Of a stretch of DNA of 64,000 bases, positions 1 through 13,092 are shown piece by piece. The stretch comes from Oopsacas minuta (lineage: Eukaryota > Animalia > Porifera): assembly GCA_024704765.1 (NCBI GenBank), contig JAKMXF010000341.1, forward strand, positions 62,001-126,000, written 5' to 3'. How positions within the stretch are numbered: the first letter of the stretch is position 1; each line of letters opens with the position of its first letter. The notes below the pieces were generated by a model. It was not told the origin of the DNA and ran no database searches. It was given only the letters and a program-made list of their open reading frames with translations. The translations under genes were made by a program, and so were the position numbers.

Positions 1-1107
1 AACGATCTCAAATACTTAGTCTTAAGGTTCTAATACTTCTGAGCGAAGAACTGATGTCCATTAATGGAATTTACGTAGTTCTAGTATAGTATCTCTTCAC
101 TGTATTGAAATTAGACTCATATGAGTCATATCATGACATTAGCATTACCATTATCATGGAATCCTTTTCATCATTTATATACTTTCGATTGGCATTGCAC
201 ACCTACGATCCTCCTATCCACGAACGAAACTGACAGGTTATCTTGAGGACTGTGAATAAGGTTGTTAGCAGCCAAAATTCTACTAAAAGACTTTGAAGAG
301 ATACTAACTAGCAATATATATATTTGCTAGTAACCATCAGTAACAAAAAGGGTGCAGATTTCTTCAAATATTTACGATTGGGGATAAGAAAAGATATCCA
401 GCAATGTCAAAATTAGAACCTAAAACCGATTACCCCTGACTAGTCGTTGAAACGAAATTTTGCTTCACTGGAATTTAACCAATTTTTTGTGTCACTCGGA
501 CACGTACGGACCGGACGTCTCTTATCATCCATGCGGACCATGCCATTAGTGCATCTCTCTATCCTGCACCAGAATCGTCAAGTTTATATACATAATTTGG
601 TACTATTCTAATACCGAACCTTGCATGAATTCCATTGCAAATACTACGTAAACTTGCTGCTATATTCGAGGAAGTATTTCCAATACGAAATATAGAGCAA
701 AGTGTAGAGTAGTGGTCGAGCGGTTATATGGTATTGTAGTATACCAAATTGTACACTCAATTGGAACTATGGAAATCATTTCGGAGTATTTTCCTATTTT
801 TATCATTCGTGCACTGGCACGATGTGCTGAGTGCTCCTAAACAACCGCGGATGTTGTGTAGGTGTCTCAAGTCCTTGCAAATTGTTAATGTGTGCTATAT
901 AGCTTATCTAATAATTTATATAACTAATGCTATATAATTTTTTATCATGGCCACACTCAAATCGATTACTATATTCAAGTTCGTTCATATTGATCACATT
1001 CGGTCCATTTGGCAATGGTACCAAATTATTTATCAATAAATGAAACATAGCTATACACATGTATGTACACTTTTATTTTAGCATTATTGAATTACTGAAT
1101 CACTTGT

Positions 1108-4100
1108 ATGACTAACCTAGACCTTTCCGCTGTGTTCGGGTTAGATCAGCTGGATTTACAGCAAGATAAAGCCCGTGCAGATGAAGAGAAAGCTAGAGAG
1201 GTAGAATTGAAAGAATTTCTAGCCAGAGAACTGCCAGAAGATCTCCTGGATGATTTCTCTGAATCCTCCTCAGAAGCATCAGAAATAAAAGAGGACTCTA
1301 CCTCCCAAGATGTGGGTGTTCCCACACAGAATTTTAAGGTGGAGGGTATCACCAGGAGTGCTCCTCCTAGACAGCAACCCGATTCACAAGCATGTTTGTT
1401 AGATGAACAGTTCTTCCATTCTAACCAGGTGCTAGTAGCTTCTACGCCCTCTGGAGCTAAAGAAGGATGGGCACCAGAGCAACCCTTATCTCCCCTAACA
1501 GTCTCTAAGGAAACCTCTCCTGTACAGAAGCAATTAATATCTATCTCACCACTTCAGGGTGGTGGAGAGGACGAGGAGTTGCTGGGTCTTAGAATCCTTA
1601 ATGAAGCTCGTTGTAATGAGATCAGGACATTACAGGAGCAGATACAACACATGAATACAGAGTACAGACAACAGGTATGTCAGCTTTCTGAACAGCTGAC
1701 AGAGCAGAGAGAGATTGTCTCCCAGGCTAACTTAAAACTTGAGGAGGTACAGCGTGACACACGCCAGTCACACTCCCACTTGTCCCAGCTGGAACAGAAA
1801 CTCATAGAGACAGAGAGGAATAGAGAATCTCTTAGAGATGAGAATATAAAAATGAGTAATGAGTTACATTCCGCACTGCTACATCTTGACAACTGTAAGT
1901 CTCAGCTGGAGACCCTCTGTCGAACTGACGTCATAGACCGTCTCAGAGAGCAACACATACATCTGATACAAGAGAGCGATAGTGATCATATGCTGGAGCT
2001 GAGGGGGGTGAGAGAGGAGACGGAAGCTCTCACCTCCTCCTATCAGGATACCATCCGACGTATGGAAGAGGAGTTCACCAAACAGAAAGATACTTATCTG
2101 AGGGAGATAGGGCGACTGGAACAGGACTTGAAGAATAGCGAGGGGTTGGTGGATAGGTTGAGGGAGGACCTGGATGGGAACGAGCTGGTGAAACGAGTTG
2201 ATCAGTTGGAGAGAGAACTATCTGTGAGTAGGACACAGGAAGGAGATAGACAAGATGATAACAAACAACTGGAGTTAATGTTGGAGTCGTTACGTACCCG
2301 TTGTAGTGAGGCCGAGATTCAAAAGGAGCGAGTAGTGAGAGAAATGAATACTGTTACCCAGGAGCTGACTGATAAGCTCAGTGAGGCAGAGATAGAAAGG
2401 AAGGAAGGGTTAGAACAATGTAGAGCTGCTTGTCTACAATTACATGAAGAGAGCTGTAATCGTTTGAGAGAGAAATCTACTCAAGAAGAAATATTAAAGA
2501 GAGAAACTCATGAGAGAGAAGTTAAGGGATTAACTGAAGAAATTACACAGCTGAATGAACAGCTGGCCAACAAAGAGGGATCTGTATCTCTTCAGGAACA
2601 GCTGACACTCAAGGAAATACATGAGAGAGAAGTGAGTAGATTATCCCAAGAGATTACACACCTGAGCCAACAGCTGGTCAACAAGGAGGGATCTATATCT
2701 GTCCAGGAACAGTTGAGACTCAAGGAAATACATGAGAGAGAAGTGAGTAGATTATCCCAAGAGAATATACACCTGAACCAACAGCTGGTCAACAAGGAGG
2801 GATCAGTATCTCTTCAGGAACAGCTGACACTGAAGGAAGTGCACGAGAGAGAAGTGAATAGATTATCCCAAGAGATTACACACCTGAACCAACAGCTGGT
2901 CAACAAGGAGGGATCTGTATCTGTTCAGGAACAGTTGACACTCAAGGAAATACATGAGAGAGAAGTGAGTAGATTATCCCATGAGATTACACACCTGAAA
3001 CAACAGCTGGCCAACAAGGAGGGATCTGCATCTTTTCAGGAACAGCTGACACTGAAGGAAATGCACGAGAGAGAAGTGAATAGATTATCCCATGAGATTA
3101 AACAGCTGAATGAACAGCTGGCCAACAAGGAGGGATCTGTATCTCTTCAGGAACAGCTTACGCTCAAGGAAATATATGAGAGAGAAGTGAATAGATTATC
3201 CCATGAGATTACACAGCTGAATGAACAGCTGGTCAACAAGGAGGGATCTATATCTCTTCAGGAACAGTTGACACTCAAGGAAATACATGAGAGAGAAGTG
3301 ACTAGATTATCCCATGAGATTACACACCTGAAACAACAGCTGGCCAACAAGGAGGGATCTGTATCTCCTCAGGAACAGCTTACACTCAAGGAAATATATG
3401 AGAGAGAAGTGAGTAGATTATCCCAAGAGATTACACACCTGAACCAACAGCTGGTCAACAAGGAGGGATCTGTATCTCTTCAGGAACAGCTGACACTGAA
3501 GGAAGTGCACGAGAGAGAAGTGAATAGATTATCCCAAGAGATTACACAGCTGAATGAACAGCTGGCCAACAAGGAGGGATCTGTATCTCTTCAGGAACAG
3601 TTGACACTGAAGGAAATGCACGAGAGAGAAGTGATTAGATTATCCGATGAGATTACACAACTGAAACAACAGCTGGCCAACAAGGAGGGATCTGTGTATT
3701 CTAAGTTCTCTGAAGCAATATCACGGCAAGAGAGGGACATACGCACTCTCTCAGAGGAGAGGAATGAGCTCTATAATTATACAATAGAGACCGTACATAG
3801 CTCATTTCGAGAAGCTCTAAACTCTCCAGATCTCTGTGAGGTAGTCCCAGGGCAGTTTGACCTTCCTCTATTCAAGTACTACCCCTCTCCACACGGGGAC
3901 CCAGTCACAGAGTTCTCCTCCGTCCTGTTAGAATACATGAGGGATACACTCTTGTCAGTGCTAAGACCTGTCTGTGTAGAGAAGAAGATAGCAGAGCTAG
4001 CAGGGAGCAGGGACAGTGATCTCAAAATACAGCATGCGGTGAGTCTAGCTCTAGAACATGCCAAGAGACAATACATGAAATCATTCTCTGAGCTTAAAGG

Positions 4101-4632
4101 CTCATTAACAGCTAAGTACACAGACAAGATTGCAGATATGAGTGAGGGGTGGGAGCAGGAACGTGACACCCTTAATGATAAACTAGAAAAGAGCAGAGAG
4201 TCTAGTCAGCACCTGAAGAGGAGATTACAGGAGAGGGAGCAATCAGCTGTGAACGATAAAAGGAAGCAGACAGAACAGCTGACTCTACTCCAACAACAGT
4301 TATCTCATACGGAAATGTTACACAGGAAATCTGTACAGGAAATATCTCAAAAGTTCGCTAGATCTGTCACACAACGCAAAGACGAGGCCTGTCAAACTGA
4401 CAGCTCTGACAAGCGATACAGAGAATTATTTGAACGTTTATTAACAGACTTACGTGATGAAACAGAAGCTGTGGTCAATAAAAAACTGTCTATCATTGAG
4501 GAAGCTCGTAGACAGGATAATATGAATGCTAAGAGACTGCTGGATAGCAATGAACAGTTCCTGACGAGATGTAGACAGGTGATAAACTCGGGGAAGAGAG
4601 GTACTATTCAAGATTTCCACAGTTCTATTTAG
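1108..4632 (+). CDS. CEP152: CEP152/Asterless-like centriolar coiled-coil protein, intronless, 1174 aa
   Basis: Several segments resemble vertebrate CEP152 in the same order: acidic N-terminus REVELKEFLARELPEDLLDD (cf. REKELQQLLTDLPHDMLDD, Plk4-binding region), LRILNEARCNEI (cf. LQVLNKAKERQL), QLETLCRTDVIDRLREQH (cf. QLVDLHHSESLQRAREQH), RKEGLEQCRAACLQLHE (cf. KQEAVDRCERTYQQHHE) and ACQTD. Comparison is from memory. Confidence 0.75.
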   Translation: MTNLDLSAVFGLDQLDLQQDKARADEEKAREVELKEFLARELPEDLLDDFSESSSEASEIKEDSTSQDVGVPTQNFKVEGITRSAPPRQQPDSQACLLDEQFFHSNQVLVASTPSGAKEGWAPEQPLSPLTVSKETSPVQKQLISISPLQGGGEDEELLGLRILNEARCNEIRTLQEQIQHMNTEYRQQVCQLSEQLTEQREIVSQANLKLEEVQRDTRQSHSHLSQLEQKLIETERNRESLRDENIKMSNELHSALLHLDNCKSQLETLCRTDVIDRLREQHIHLIQESDSDHMLELRGVREETEALTSSYQDTIRRMEEEFTKQKDTYLREIGRLEQDLKNSEGLVDRLREDLDGNELVKRVDQLERELSVSRTQEGDRQDDNKQLELMLESLRTRCSEAEIQKERVVREMNTVTQELTDKLSEAEIERKEGLEQCRAACLQLHEESCNRLREKSTQEEILKRETHEREVKGLTEEITQLNEQLANKEGSVSLQEQLTLKEIHEREVSRLSQEITHLSQQLVNKEGSISVQEQLRLKEIHEREVSRLSQENIHLNQQLVNKEGSVSLQEQLTLKEVHEREVNRLSQEITHLNQQLVNKEGSVSVQEQLTLKEIHEREVSRLSHEITHLKQQLANKEGSASFQEQLTLKEMHEREVNRLSHEIKQLNEQLANKEGSVSLQEQLTLKEIYEREVNRLSHEITQLNEQLVNKEGSISLQEQLTLKEIHEREVTRLSHEITHLKQQLANKEGSVSPQEQLTLKEIYEREVSRLSQEITHLNQQLVNKEGSVSLQEQLTLKEVHEREVNRLSQEITQLNEQLANKEGSVSLQEQLTLKEMHEREVIRLSDEITQLKQQLANKEGSVYSKFSEAISRQERDIRTLSEERNELYNYTIETVHSSFREALNSPDLCEVVPGQFDLPLFKYYPSPHGDPVTEFSSVLLEYMRDTLLSVLRPVCVEKKIAELAGSRDSDLKIQHAVSLALEHAKRQYMKSFSELKGSLTAKYTDKIADMSEGWEQERDTLNDKLEKSRESSQHLKRRLQEREQSAVNDKRKQTEQLTLLQQQLSHTEMLHRKSVQEISQKFARSVTQRKDEACQTDSSDKRYRELFERLLTDLRDETEAVVNKKLSIIEEARRQDNMNAKRLLDSNEQFLTRCRQVINSGKRGTIQDFHSSI
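2506..3697 (+). repeat. Coding tandem repeat, 111 bp / 37 aa unit, about 11 copies
   Basis: ATGAGAGAGAA recurs at 2510 and 2621 (111-bp spacing) and the unit continues to ~3697. Protein unit consensus EIHEREVSRLSQEITHLNQQLVNKEGSVSLQEQLTLK. Confidence 0.97.
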
Positions 4633-5649
4633 TGTGTTACAATTGTACTCATATCTCTTAGTTTCATTTATTAATAACTAATTACGCGTACTTTAATTTT
4701 ACATAAACTGCACTGATAACACACATCAAAGTATTTGTTCATCTAAATTATTCGGATATGTACGAGTAATACAATTACAAAGAGAATAAACAGAAATCCC
4801 TCCAACTGTAATTGTATTTTTGATCAAAACTGGTCTTTTAACCGAATACTGCCGGGAAAATGTGTGATTTTATGACGTCAAAAGGGTGCTAAATCTCGTT
4901 TTTGGTGCGGGAATCGGTTAAAACGAAGAGGTAAAAGTGTTCCTTTTCATTACGAATGTAACAATTCAGCCGTAATCGGTTAAGTTCATCTAATCTAAAT
5001 CACTATTAGGTTGCAACATGTTCATTAATGTAGGTACAACATTAAAGTATTATTTTTTGTGGCGCTATCGCCCACATGCTGTCTGGCATAATCAAGAGAA
5101 ATTATTAATGTCTAGTACTACTCTAGTAAATCAAGACAACAATTATATAACATACTACAATATCAAACTTTCACTAGAGTGATAGGTACACTTTTTGGAT
5201 CGGATTATCGATTTGGCGTCTTTTAATATGTTTAGTTGTATTCCAGGGTTTGGAAGTTTCATAGAATTATTACTATTGCATGCAGAGCTGAGAACTTTTG
5301 AATATCTAATTTTGGGGATTACCCTCTTTATACCAATTGAATTAAAATACGTATGTAAACCCACCAAGGAAAGAATACGGTACGGATCTACACAATCTAT
5401 TTTTCGAATATAAAACACTTGCGGAAGAAGCCCCAAAAAGCGTGAGGCTCCCGCCAAAATGATGTAAGTTTATAACTCTATTGTTGTAAAGTATGAATAT
5501 CTTTTCATTATTTCACGAGAACGATCGGAGTAATTTCAACAAAAAAGGTAAAGATATATCATATTTGAAATTACAATAGAATATAAGTTAAAGCGAGAAG
5601 TTTAGACTTAAAATATATATTTATTATAAATTCAGATAACATCTAAGAA

Positions 5650-6216
5650 ATGGAACAAAACCATTTTCATCCCAGTAAGCAATCTGATGAGTTAGTCTTG
5701 AATGCTCTCTTCAACCCAGAGACCCCTCTAGACCCTCCTTCACCCTCAGGAGCATCAGAAGAGGAGACAGTATGCCCAGTATCGTCACCAGAAGTTGTTA
5801 AAGCTAAAGCCTTAGAGCTTGAGGCAGTGACAGCAGCGGAACAGGGAGAACTGGATAAATCTCTACAGCTAATTAACCTGTCCATTGATTTAACTCCTGA
5901 TCCAGCTTCCCTATACAATAACAGAGCTCAGATATACAGACTGATGGGCCGTACACAAGATGCACTGTCTGACCTGGATACTGCTATAGATCTGTCCGGG
6001 GGTGTGGGTAAAAGTGCGGTAATGGCATACACACAAAGAGGTCTCCTCTTGAAGTTACAGGGAGATGACGATAAAGCATGGAACGACTTTAAAAAGGCTG
6101 CAGACCTGGGGGGAGTATTCGCTAAGTCTATTTTAGTTCAGACTAATCCAATGGCTGCTCTGTGTAATCGCATGCTAAAGGAAGCAGTAGGGAACTTATA
6201 TTCAGATAGTAAATAG
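5650..6216 (+). CDS. TTC36: Tetratricopeptide repeat protein 36, 188 aa
   Basis: DELVLNALFNPETP, KALELEAVTAAEQG, ASLYNNRAQ, QRGLL..LQG.DD.A..DF..AA.LG and NPMAALCNRML match TTC36. Confidence 0.92.
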   Translation: MEQNHFHPSKQSDELVLNALFNPETPLDPPSPSGASEEETVCPVSSPEVVKAKALELEAVTAAEQGELDKSLQLINLSIDLTPDPASLYNNRAQIYRLMGRTQDALSDLDTAIDLSGGVGKSAVMAYTQRGLLLKLQGDDDKAWNDFKKAADLGGVFAKSILVQTNPMAALCNRMLKEAVGNLYSDSK

Positions 6217-7594
6217 TATACTCGTTCAATCCTGCAAGTAAAGCTATAAACATTATATTACTTATCTCATGTAGTTTGTATGAAGCTCGTTTGGAGAGTA
6301 AGCACTTTCACTATATGTTTGTGATACACACAGTCAAAGCAATACTTCTCTCAACCATGTTAGAAGGTCTCCTAAGTACCCCACAATACGCAATAGACTC
6401 TAAAGTGATGTGAAATTGTATTCAAGCAACATTTATCTGGAATAGTAAGATTGATGATGGCCTTGTGGAAGGATACGAACGAGCAGGGATTATACTATAT
6501 GTAGTTACTATTTTAGCAAAATGTTACCCATTTGAAATTAGAATATGAATGTTGCATGCAGCCTTCCAGAGGGGACTACCTCTCCCCGAATAGCCAAATT
6601 TTAGTTCCAATAGAGATACAATACAATTTATACTTACATAATGTATGCATGATGAACTGCGTACTATAATTGTCTTTACAGTAAAGATAATAATATTTAC
6701 ATTTCTATTATGGAAAACTATATATGTTAAGCAACTGAAATATTCAAAATATTTTCCACCACCTTCACAACACAATTCGCTACTCGCTACGCATGTTCAT
6801 ATCTGATCAGAAATTGACTTTATGAATTAGAATTAACGACATTTTTCTGGAAGGCACTAAGCGCAAGCAAGCGAATATTTAGGTTATTTAATTTTCTACT
6901 TTACCATATATGTATGTAACAATTTTTTCAGAACATAAAAATAATCAACTTCTAGTTATACAAATCTATTCAGGCTTGTTTACTTTCAATATTTCTATTT
7001 CTAGTGCACACTACTACACATAGATGTTAAGGATATTTATAGCAAAACAACATAATAATCTATTCGCAGTATGTATGACTGCGAATAGACATATACAGAG
7101 CTATACAAATGATTACATAAACATTCTATTTACGCTGTGACTAGCGTATATTTATGAATTTATCATATCACCTTATCTACATGATTTTGCACTGATAAGA
7201 ATGTTATTCGGAGTGAGAGAGATTGAGTAGAGCGTTTTCTTACCTGTTCTACGAGTATTATTGTAGTTATGGAATTTGATTGAGAAAGCAATAAAATCTA
7301 CTCACTATAGTAATAGTTAATTAAACCACTAAGCTAAACAAACCTTAAAGAGATAACTAGCATGAAAGAGCTAGAGGGTGATTATACTTAGCCCCACATT
7401 ATTTACTCAGTTTATTTGCAGGTGGGTCCAGTGTCCTCATCAGTTATGCTGTAGTATATGATGGACTCGGTTAATTTACTCTTGTCCATGCAAGTGGTCT
7501 AGATATCCTGAATTTTTGAATAATCTGGGCTGTGAATGTATCTAATCCGTTTGTGGAAAAATAATCGTTCAGCCCGTAGTATGAAGTTTGCCGT

Positions 7595-7705
7595 GATTTA
7601 TTGTTGTTTTTATGAATATAAAGTAACAAATTATCCAAATTTCAAAATATACGTACAGGCTTGCTCTAGACGGCTACCCAGGGGTAACTAAGTACGCTGA
7701 ATCCA
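7595..7705 (+). repeat. Dispersed repeat family partial copy upstream of STK36
   Basis: AAAATATACGTACAGGCTTGCTCTAGACGGCTACCCAGGGGTAACTAAGTACGCTGAATCCAA is nearly identical to 60383-60445. Confidence 0.8.
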
Positions 7706-7839
7706 ATATATCTATATTAAAATACTCAAAGGGTAATATTACTGCATTTTATGGACAATCCCGTGATTTTCAGTAGTACAAATATACTGTTCTAATATCA
7801 TAATACCAAAAGTATTGACTAGATAACTGAGTGTATAAT

Positions 7840-10800
7840 ATGAGACCATGTTCTAACAAGGTACAACGGGAATACAAAGGTTACCACGTGCTCCAGCAAG
7901 TAGGAGCTGGATCATTCGGACAGGTTTACAAGGGTCGCAAGAAATGCTCCAAGGAGATCGTAGCTCTAAAGTTCATGTCCAAACTGAACAGACATGAACA
8001 CGAACTGACTAACATCCGTAGAGAAATAGAGGTTATGCATACACTAGATCATCCTAATATAATCAGGATGCTGGATTGGCATGAGACAGAGGATGGGTTC
8101 TGTGTTGTAACAGAGCTAGCTCAAGGAGAGTTGTTCCAGGTCAGCCCACTCTCTATTGAGATAACTAAATTACATTATGTCAACATGGACCACTGATAAC
8201 TAATATTATACTGTGTACTAGAGTAATATAGAATACCATATTTAGAGTTACATGGCTCATCCGAATTTATGAAAGGGTTAACCATTATATCTAGCTGTAG
8301 TTAACCTTACTATGTTGGCGTTAGTTCAAATTATTGATACAAGGATTAGTTAGAATTTATTGATGGGCAATTTCGAATTCTAGATACATACTACATGCAT
8401 GCATTAGATCGATTGTTAGCATCACCGCATTATAATTAATTACATGTTTCTATAAATTCAGGTTTGAGGCAGATTAAAATTACTAAGTGTATAAGACATA
8501 AAAGTGTGAATTTCGATCCGTGTGATTGACTGATTATTATTGAACATATGCGCTATTGCAGTGTGATTCTACGAGTTGATAGTATATCCTAAATTTTCAA
8601 ATAATTAACAGCAATTTATTAGCATGATTACAATTACAATTACAATTACGATTACGATTATGATTACAATTATGATTATGATTAAGATTACAAGAAAATG
8701 TGTAATCGATTACTTTCGATTACAATTGTAATCGTAATCAGCTCCAACCCTGGCAATTTTGATATTTCTGAATTCATAAAATTGCAATACGTACTTATTA
8801 TAGAAAATTCAATAAAAGGAGCCTAGACTCCAATTACCTTGTTTACACCATTAGGGGACGAGGACCTGATCACCTGAATATTTAATTATTGTTATTGTCT
8901 TATGAAATGGTTCTTTGACTAACGTTAAATAATGCAAAAACTAATGACGCATTACCTGTTAAACTCTAATAATATCCGATTTTACTATATATACACTATT
9001 CTTTTTCCATTTGGTAGGTGCTGGAAGATGATAAGACGCTCAATGAAGCAGAGATACAGCGGATAGCAGTACAGCTGATACAAGCTCTATACTATCTACA
9101 CTCTCGTAAGATCCTTCATAGGGACATGAAGCCTCAGAATATTCTGCTATGTAGTGACGGAGTAGTTAAGCTTTGTGACTTCGGGTTTGCTAGAGCTATG
9201 AGCATGGAGACCATTATGCTAACCTCGATCAAAGGTAATAATATATTACCCAGTTGTGTAGTATTAACGGGTTGACTGAATTGGTCCGATTGGAACAAGT
9301 CCGACTAGAAAAGGTCCCTACGAATTTCCAATCCTGGAATAAGTCCGACCCGAGCCTTAAGAGACCTTAGCGACATAATAGTTGGTGGCTGACGTAAGCC
9401 GCCAGAATATGTATTTGGTTGCTATTAGCCACCATTATACTTCGATTTTGAGACTTGATATAATCTCTGTATAGAAGGGATATGTTGGTGGCTCTTAGAC
9501 CAACTAATCTGTTGAGCACTGGGCCTTAAACAACAATATGGGGATAGATTGGTCGCATATTCATAAAACGTCGTATCACATGGCCCCTAGCGGGCGTGTG
9601 ATTCACTGGCACAACAATTTAGGGTTTGAAAATCACTAGCCCCCCCCCCCCCCCATTGAAATCTTGGCAAACAACCGGTATATGAGCCTTGAGAGACTCG
9701 GGAACAATAAGAAAGGTTCCAGTCGGACATATTCAATTCAGACCTATTACAGTTTCCCCATAGGCACTCCCCTCTACATGTCTCCTGAGCTGGTGCAGGA
9801 GAGACCGTATGATTACACCTCAGACCTGTGGGCACTCGGATGTATTCTCTACGAGCTGTACGCAGGACAACCTCCATTCTACACAAACAGCATTGCTACG
9901 CTAGTTAAACTGGTGCTGAGAGGTCACATTAAATGGCCTAAAGGCATGAGTAAGGAGCTACGTACTTTCTTACAAGGTCTTCTGGAAAAAGAGATTTCTC
10001 GACGCTTGCAATGGCCGGACATACTATACCATCCTTTTCTAAAGAAACACATTGATTTTAATCGCATGATAGAGATTGGCAAGGAGGGACAGGAAGTAGC
10101 GAATCAGAGAGCACACATAGAGGTAACCAAGCAGAAGAACAAGGGGTGTAGACCTCCAAGTAGAGGCGATAAGTCACAAACTGCCCCTGCATGTGGCAAG
10201 TCACAATCCGGCCCAATCACCAACAAATCGTATTCCCATAGTATTAATACTGAGATTGAGGTTGTATTTGATAATGTACAAATAGAAAATAATAGAAATA
10301 CAACCAATGATGTATCAGCTACGACAGAAGATAAAAAGATTCATAATACACAAATTACAACTGATAAAACACGTATAGATACTCCCGTGATATCCAATGC
10401 TATTGAGCTAAGTACTAGTCCTGACAAATATACAAATGATCCATTTGTATGCCACGTTATAACTGAGTTAAGTTGTAATCTGGAGCAACCTCAATCTACA
10501 GTAGATTCGATCAAGAATTTGAAAATAAGTAAAGTTGCTTCTGTCAACAATGAAAGTAATTCTGAGAATATTCCATTAAATTCTGAAAAATCACATACAA
10601 CTGAAGATAATCACCGAAACTCTGAGAATAATATAGAACCAGTTACACCACCTGAATCAAAACAAATCAGTACAGTACATAATTCTAATGAAATAGAATC
10701 CACGTTAGAAATACCAATCTCTACTATAGAATGTAATGTTAAATCTAAGAAAATTGTCTCGACACCTGAGTCTAACAGCTCAAGTTCAGAGAAATTATCC

Positions 10801-13092
10801 ACAAATGAAACTAAGACTAATCCTGAATCCAAATCTGTAGAAGTTCAGAAATATATTTCTAATGAATCTAAATACTCCAATAAAAACAAAATAGAAACAG
10901 AGACGATTACGTCACCTCCAGACACTAATAAATCAATTAAACCTGCCCTCAGATCCCGGTCAACAGTTGACACAACTAAATCAGCTGTAGATAAACAGTC
11001 TCCCGCTAAGAAATCCAGATCAGTTATTCCCTCCTCTCCCCGGTTAGAGAAATATGCCCAGTATAGCAGCATCTACGTAGATGAAATGTGTCCTCAGTAT
11101 GAGTACGGAGCTTCAAAGATATCTCCTAGGAGAACTAACCAACAAATACCAGTTGAGACTACTGCTACAACTAGAACTATCAAGGAGCAATACACAAGCT
11201 CCCGAGCTCAATCAGCTAGAGAGAAACCTGTACTAAAATCCCGTTTAGGCAACAATCTCAAGTCTCATTCCCTGAACGAAATTATTCCAGGTCGTCCTGC
11301 TGAAAAAGAGAAGGAGAGCTTCTCTAGATTTGAAGCTGCTCTCTCCCGCATAGACTCTCTCTTCCGACTGTTAATCAAGTACCTCCGTTCCTTAGATGTT
11401 AGCTTCCCACTACTCGACTCCTGGACACAATACTACCAAATATTGTCTCCAGTAGGAAGCCAGACAAGACACAATTCTGACACCGATATTATGCAGGACC
11501 TAGAGAGAGGATGGGAGGGAACTGACTTGTTTCTAGAAATTACACGGGACTGTTTGAGTAGGATCCGAAGTGACAGTCCAAGACTCCGCTCTCGTGCTGG
11601 TGAGAGACTCAACAAGCTGCTCACATTCCAAATACTAGTTCTGGTTGCTAGAGAAACAGTATCATCAGCTGACATGTCAGAAGTGGTACGTAGATTTGGA
11701 ACAGAGGAACTCTGCTCTGAACTCATGAGTGTCCCTGTCCTGCTATCAGAGACACTAGAAAGAGAACAGCTGATGGCAGTGTTCCTCTCTCACGAGCTAT
11801 TCTCTCTCCTCACTAACTGCAGCTGTATAGAATGGGGAGCAAGGATACGAAAGAAACTAGAAGCAATTACTCATCTCGTAACCCGATCACTCCCAGACAA
11901 ACGACCCCCTCTCCCTCCTGTATTTATATCAACCATCCTGCTAGCCTACTACCCACTAGCTAACTCACTCATACAGAAGGGGTTCCTTCAGGTGGATAGA
12001 CTGGATCTTGATAAGTTTATAGAATTCAACAGTCGTACCCTCCTTACTGCTCTACCCCCTGATCCCTTCTCCCCCTACGTCACGACAGGATATCTTGACC
12101 AAGTGTTCGTGTTCCTTAACTCAATACTTAAGCGGTCTAGAAAGCACAAAACGCTTGTAAGGATGCTAGCATTCGCTTCCAGTCTATTCTCTATAAAATG
12201 TATCAAATATATAGAGGGTGTCACACCCTCTTCCCCCCTGGGTCCTGTCCTACAACCCTGCTTGTCCCCCATAGGTCTGATGGAGTTCTTAACTCTACTC
12301 AGAGACTGTCTCTTACAACTCAGCACAGAGAGTCAATCACTACAACTTCTGAGCTCAGAGCTTCTTAAAGAGCTATTCCTGTCAGTATCTACCCTAATGG
12401 AAACTAGTACACTGGATAGATTGCTGGACTGGTACACAGAGTGGATATTCCTTGATTACTACAGTGAGCTAGTAGCTAACTGTGTTAAAGCTATGTGTGA
12501 TCTGCTGGAGTGTTGTGTGGAGAGAGGACTACACCACTGGATTACACACAGAATAGTGACTGCTGGAGTTATACCCTCTCTTCTTAAGATAGTACAGTAC
12601 TTCCTTGCTACACAGCCGGACACAGACTCATTCCTACCTCTCCTATTCATTCTATCTTACTGCGCACAGAGAGGGGATATCCTCACTCATCTGGTAGCTA
12701 CAATACAACTCCCTGAGTGGAGTGAGGTACCCTACTCTCTATTCTCACATCTCCTGGATGAGCCTCACAGAGACAAAGAGCTAGACCAACTACTCAAGCT
12801 ATTCCTACAGATAGCTCTGCTATACCATCAGCAACAAGATCCTGATATAGTCCCTTGTGTGCTTAGTTTGGTATCAGACAGTAATAACACAGGGCTAGAT
12901 AGCTTCTACCAGCTGCTAGCACATGAAAACAGAGACATAACTCTGTCTGTATTCAGACTGGTGGGATTACTGATAGACAAGTCACAAGATTCTGTTATAT
13001 CCCAGGAGATATCATCTCGTCAAGAACTAGCTGATGCCTGTATGAAGCTGTTATTTGCTAAAGAAGATACATCCTTGCAAGATGACTCGTAA
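7840..13092 (+). CDS. STK36: Serine/threonine kinase 36 (Fused), 3 exons: 7840-8139, 9018-9234, 9764-13092, about 1281 aa
   Basis: Kinase motifs [18 protein letters not shown]|[20 protein letters not shown]|GTPLYMSPE are joined by GT-AG introns (8140-9017 phase 0, 9235-9763 phase 1). A low-complexity S/T/N/E linker and a Leu-rich helical C-terminus follow. Confidence 0.92.
8459..8752. mobile_element. Degenerate hAT-like MITE with (GATTAC/ATTAC)n subterminal array in STK36 intron 1
   Basis: Imperfect terminal inverted repeats CAGGTTTGAGGCAGATTAAAATTAC / CAGGGTTGGAGCTGATTACGATTAC (19/25). Hexamer array at ~8624-8690. No clean TSD. Confidence 0.5.

Noticed and set aside
5155-5457. 100-aa minus-strand ORF with faint CENP-W-like words
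   Set aside because: No ATG (TTG start), the central helix of the histone fold is missing, and an overlapping opposite-strand ORF of similar quality exists.
9280-9540. Short repeated and palindromic motifs (GTCCGA, TTGGTGGCT..AGCC) in STK36 intron 2
   Set aside because: Probably transposon subterminal remnants, but no ends or second copy were found to define an element.
1146-12650. Short antisense ORFs overlapping CEP152, TTC36 and STK36 (and likewise within the giant gene)
   Set aside because: Expected shadow ORFs of long coding strands, with Ser/Leu-rich composition and no motifs.
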